A stretch of DNA of 64,000 nt from Podarcis pityusensis (Eukaryota), in NCBI GenBank assembly GCA_964106645.2, contig OZ067039.1; one strand, 5' to 3'. The translations under genes were made by a program, and so were the position numbers. Below the pieces are notes generated by a model. The model searched no databases and was not told where the DNA came from. It was given only the letters and a program-made list of their open reading frames with translations. Below are positions 62,923-64,000 of the stretch, piece by piece. Numbering within the stretch: the first letter of the stretch is position 1; each line of letters begins with the position of its first letter.

Positions 62923-64000
62923 TTATATGTAGTATACATCCACATTAAAAAAGATACTGCAAGAACTGCTATAAAATGTTTTTATGCACAAGTCTCTTCG
63001 AAGACACCCACAACATGGTTTTAAAACTCCCTTCTCATGCCTCCTTTCCTTTCCTGGTTTTTATTCCCTGTCCTGCCTTGCAGCTTACAATGCTTTCTGC
63101 TTTACTTATTGGAACAGCTAGGTAAGTTTTTAACTCCTGTAGGAACCTTGCATGTGGCGTGCCTTGCTCGGACAATCTGTACGTAGATAGTGGTCAGGGT
63201 CATTTTAGGGTGTGAGATGGTGCAAGGTGCTGGGTGAGAAGCCAGAATCTTTAGATCCTCCACATGCCCTGTAATTCTAAAACTCATTTCAAACTCATGC
63301 AGTGGGCTGCTGGCAAAATCCCTGGGTCAAAAAAATTATAGAGTGAGGATGCCAAGATGCCTTTCAATGACTCCTGAAATAGCGGCATTTTTAGGATGGG
63401 AGAGCCAAGCATTTATTTTATCTTATTTTATTTTTTGCTATTCTTACACACAACTAGGAAAGAATCATTCCACATGGAAAGTATTTTGCCATTAGTAGGA
63501 ACGGGTTGTTATCCAACAGTTGAACCTCAGCCACTAAGCAAAACAAAGCACATTTCCAGCATTCCCACATTTCAACCCACCTAGAAAAAGGAGGGACAAG
63601 AGAGAGACCTGCAGCCCTAAAGGTCCCTAACACCAAAGCACTTTTACAGATCCATTCAAGATACCTGGGACATCCTCCAGCATGCCAGAACAAGAGCCCT
63701 AAAAGTGAAGGAGGTAGAATAGATGGGGTCCATTTAAAACAGTGTTTTGCCAGTACTCTAGATCTTCCATATTTGACGGCATGGGCAGGTATAAGTCATC
63801 CACACCATGCCACACAAGCAAAATGGGCTGTAACAGGTCATTTCTGATGCTTCCAAAAGTTATCCTTCAAGATTAACCAGGACTTGGACCAGAAACCTCA
63901 CAACCTGCATCTTGGTACCCCCTTAAGGCTATAGCATTGCAAAAACATGGAGCCCCATCCTCTTTAAGCACTTGGCCACAAATTCTCATTTGCTTACTTA

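Overview
Vertebrate nuclear DNA, most likely from a lacertid lizard (inferred from a full-length Sauria SINE, Squam3-like SINEs, and CR1/L2 and MITE content), with two assembly gaps. The only protein-coding gene I can support is the 3' part of SEPTIN9 on the minus strand. It has nine coding exons from 61952 down to the stop at 39604, all GT-AG with phases that join into one open frame (septin GTPase domain ending ...VANEM*), followed by a probable ~3.1 kb 3' UTR to about 36.5 kb. The 5' exons lie beyond the window end. Positions 1-36 kb are non-coding: a mosaic of SINEs, LINE fragments and MITEs, interspersed with repeat-free clusters of homeodomain, octamer, Pbx-Hox-Meis and CTCF motifs that look like conserved non-coding elements. 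There are also traces of a possible unannotated spliced minus-strand transcript (promoter-like region at ~16.5 kb, donor at 16185, clean 100-bp exon at 636-735). I found no convincing novel multi-gene system. The best leads are that candidate transcript, a perfect 21-bp hairpin in the SEPTIN9 3' UTR, a GC-rich multi-hairpin element, and a decayed Penelope hammerhead palindrome. Family names for repeats are from recall, not from database searches.
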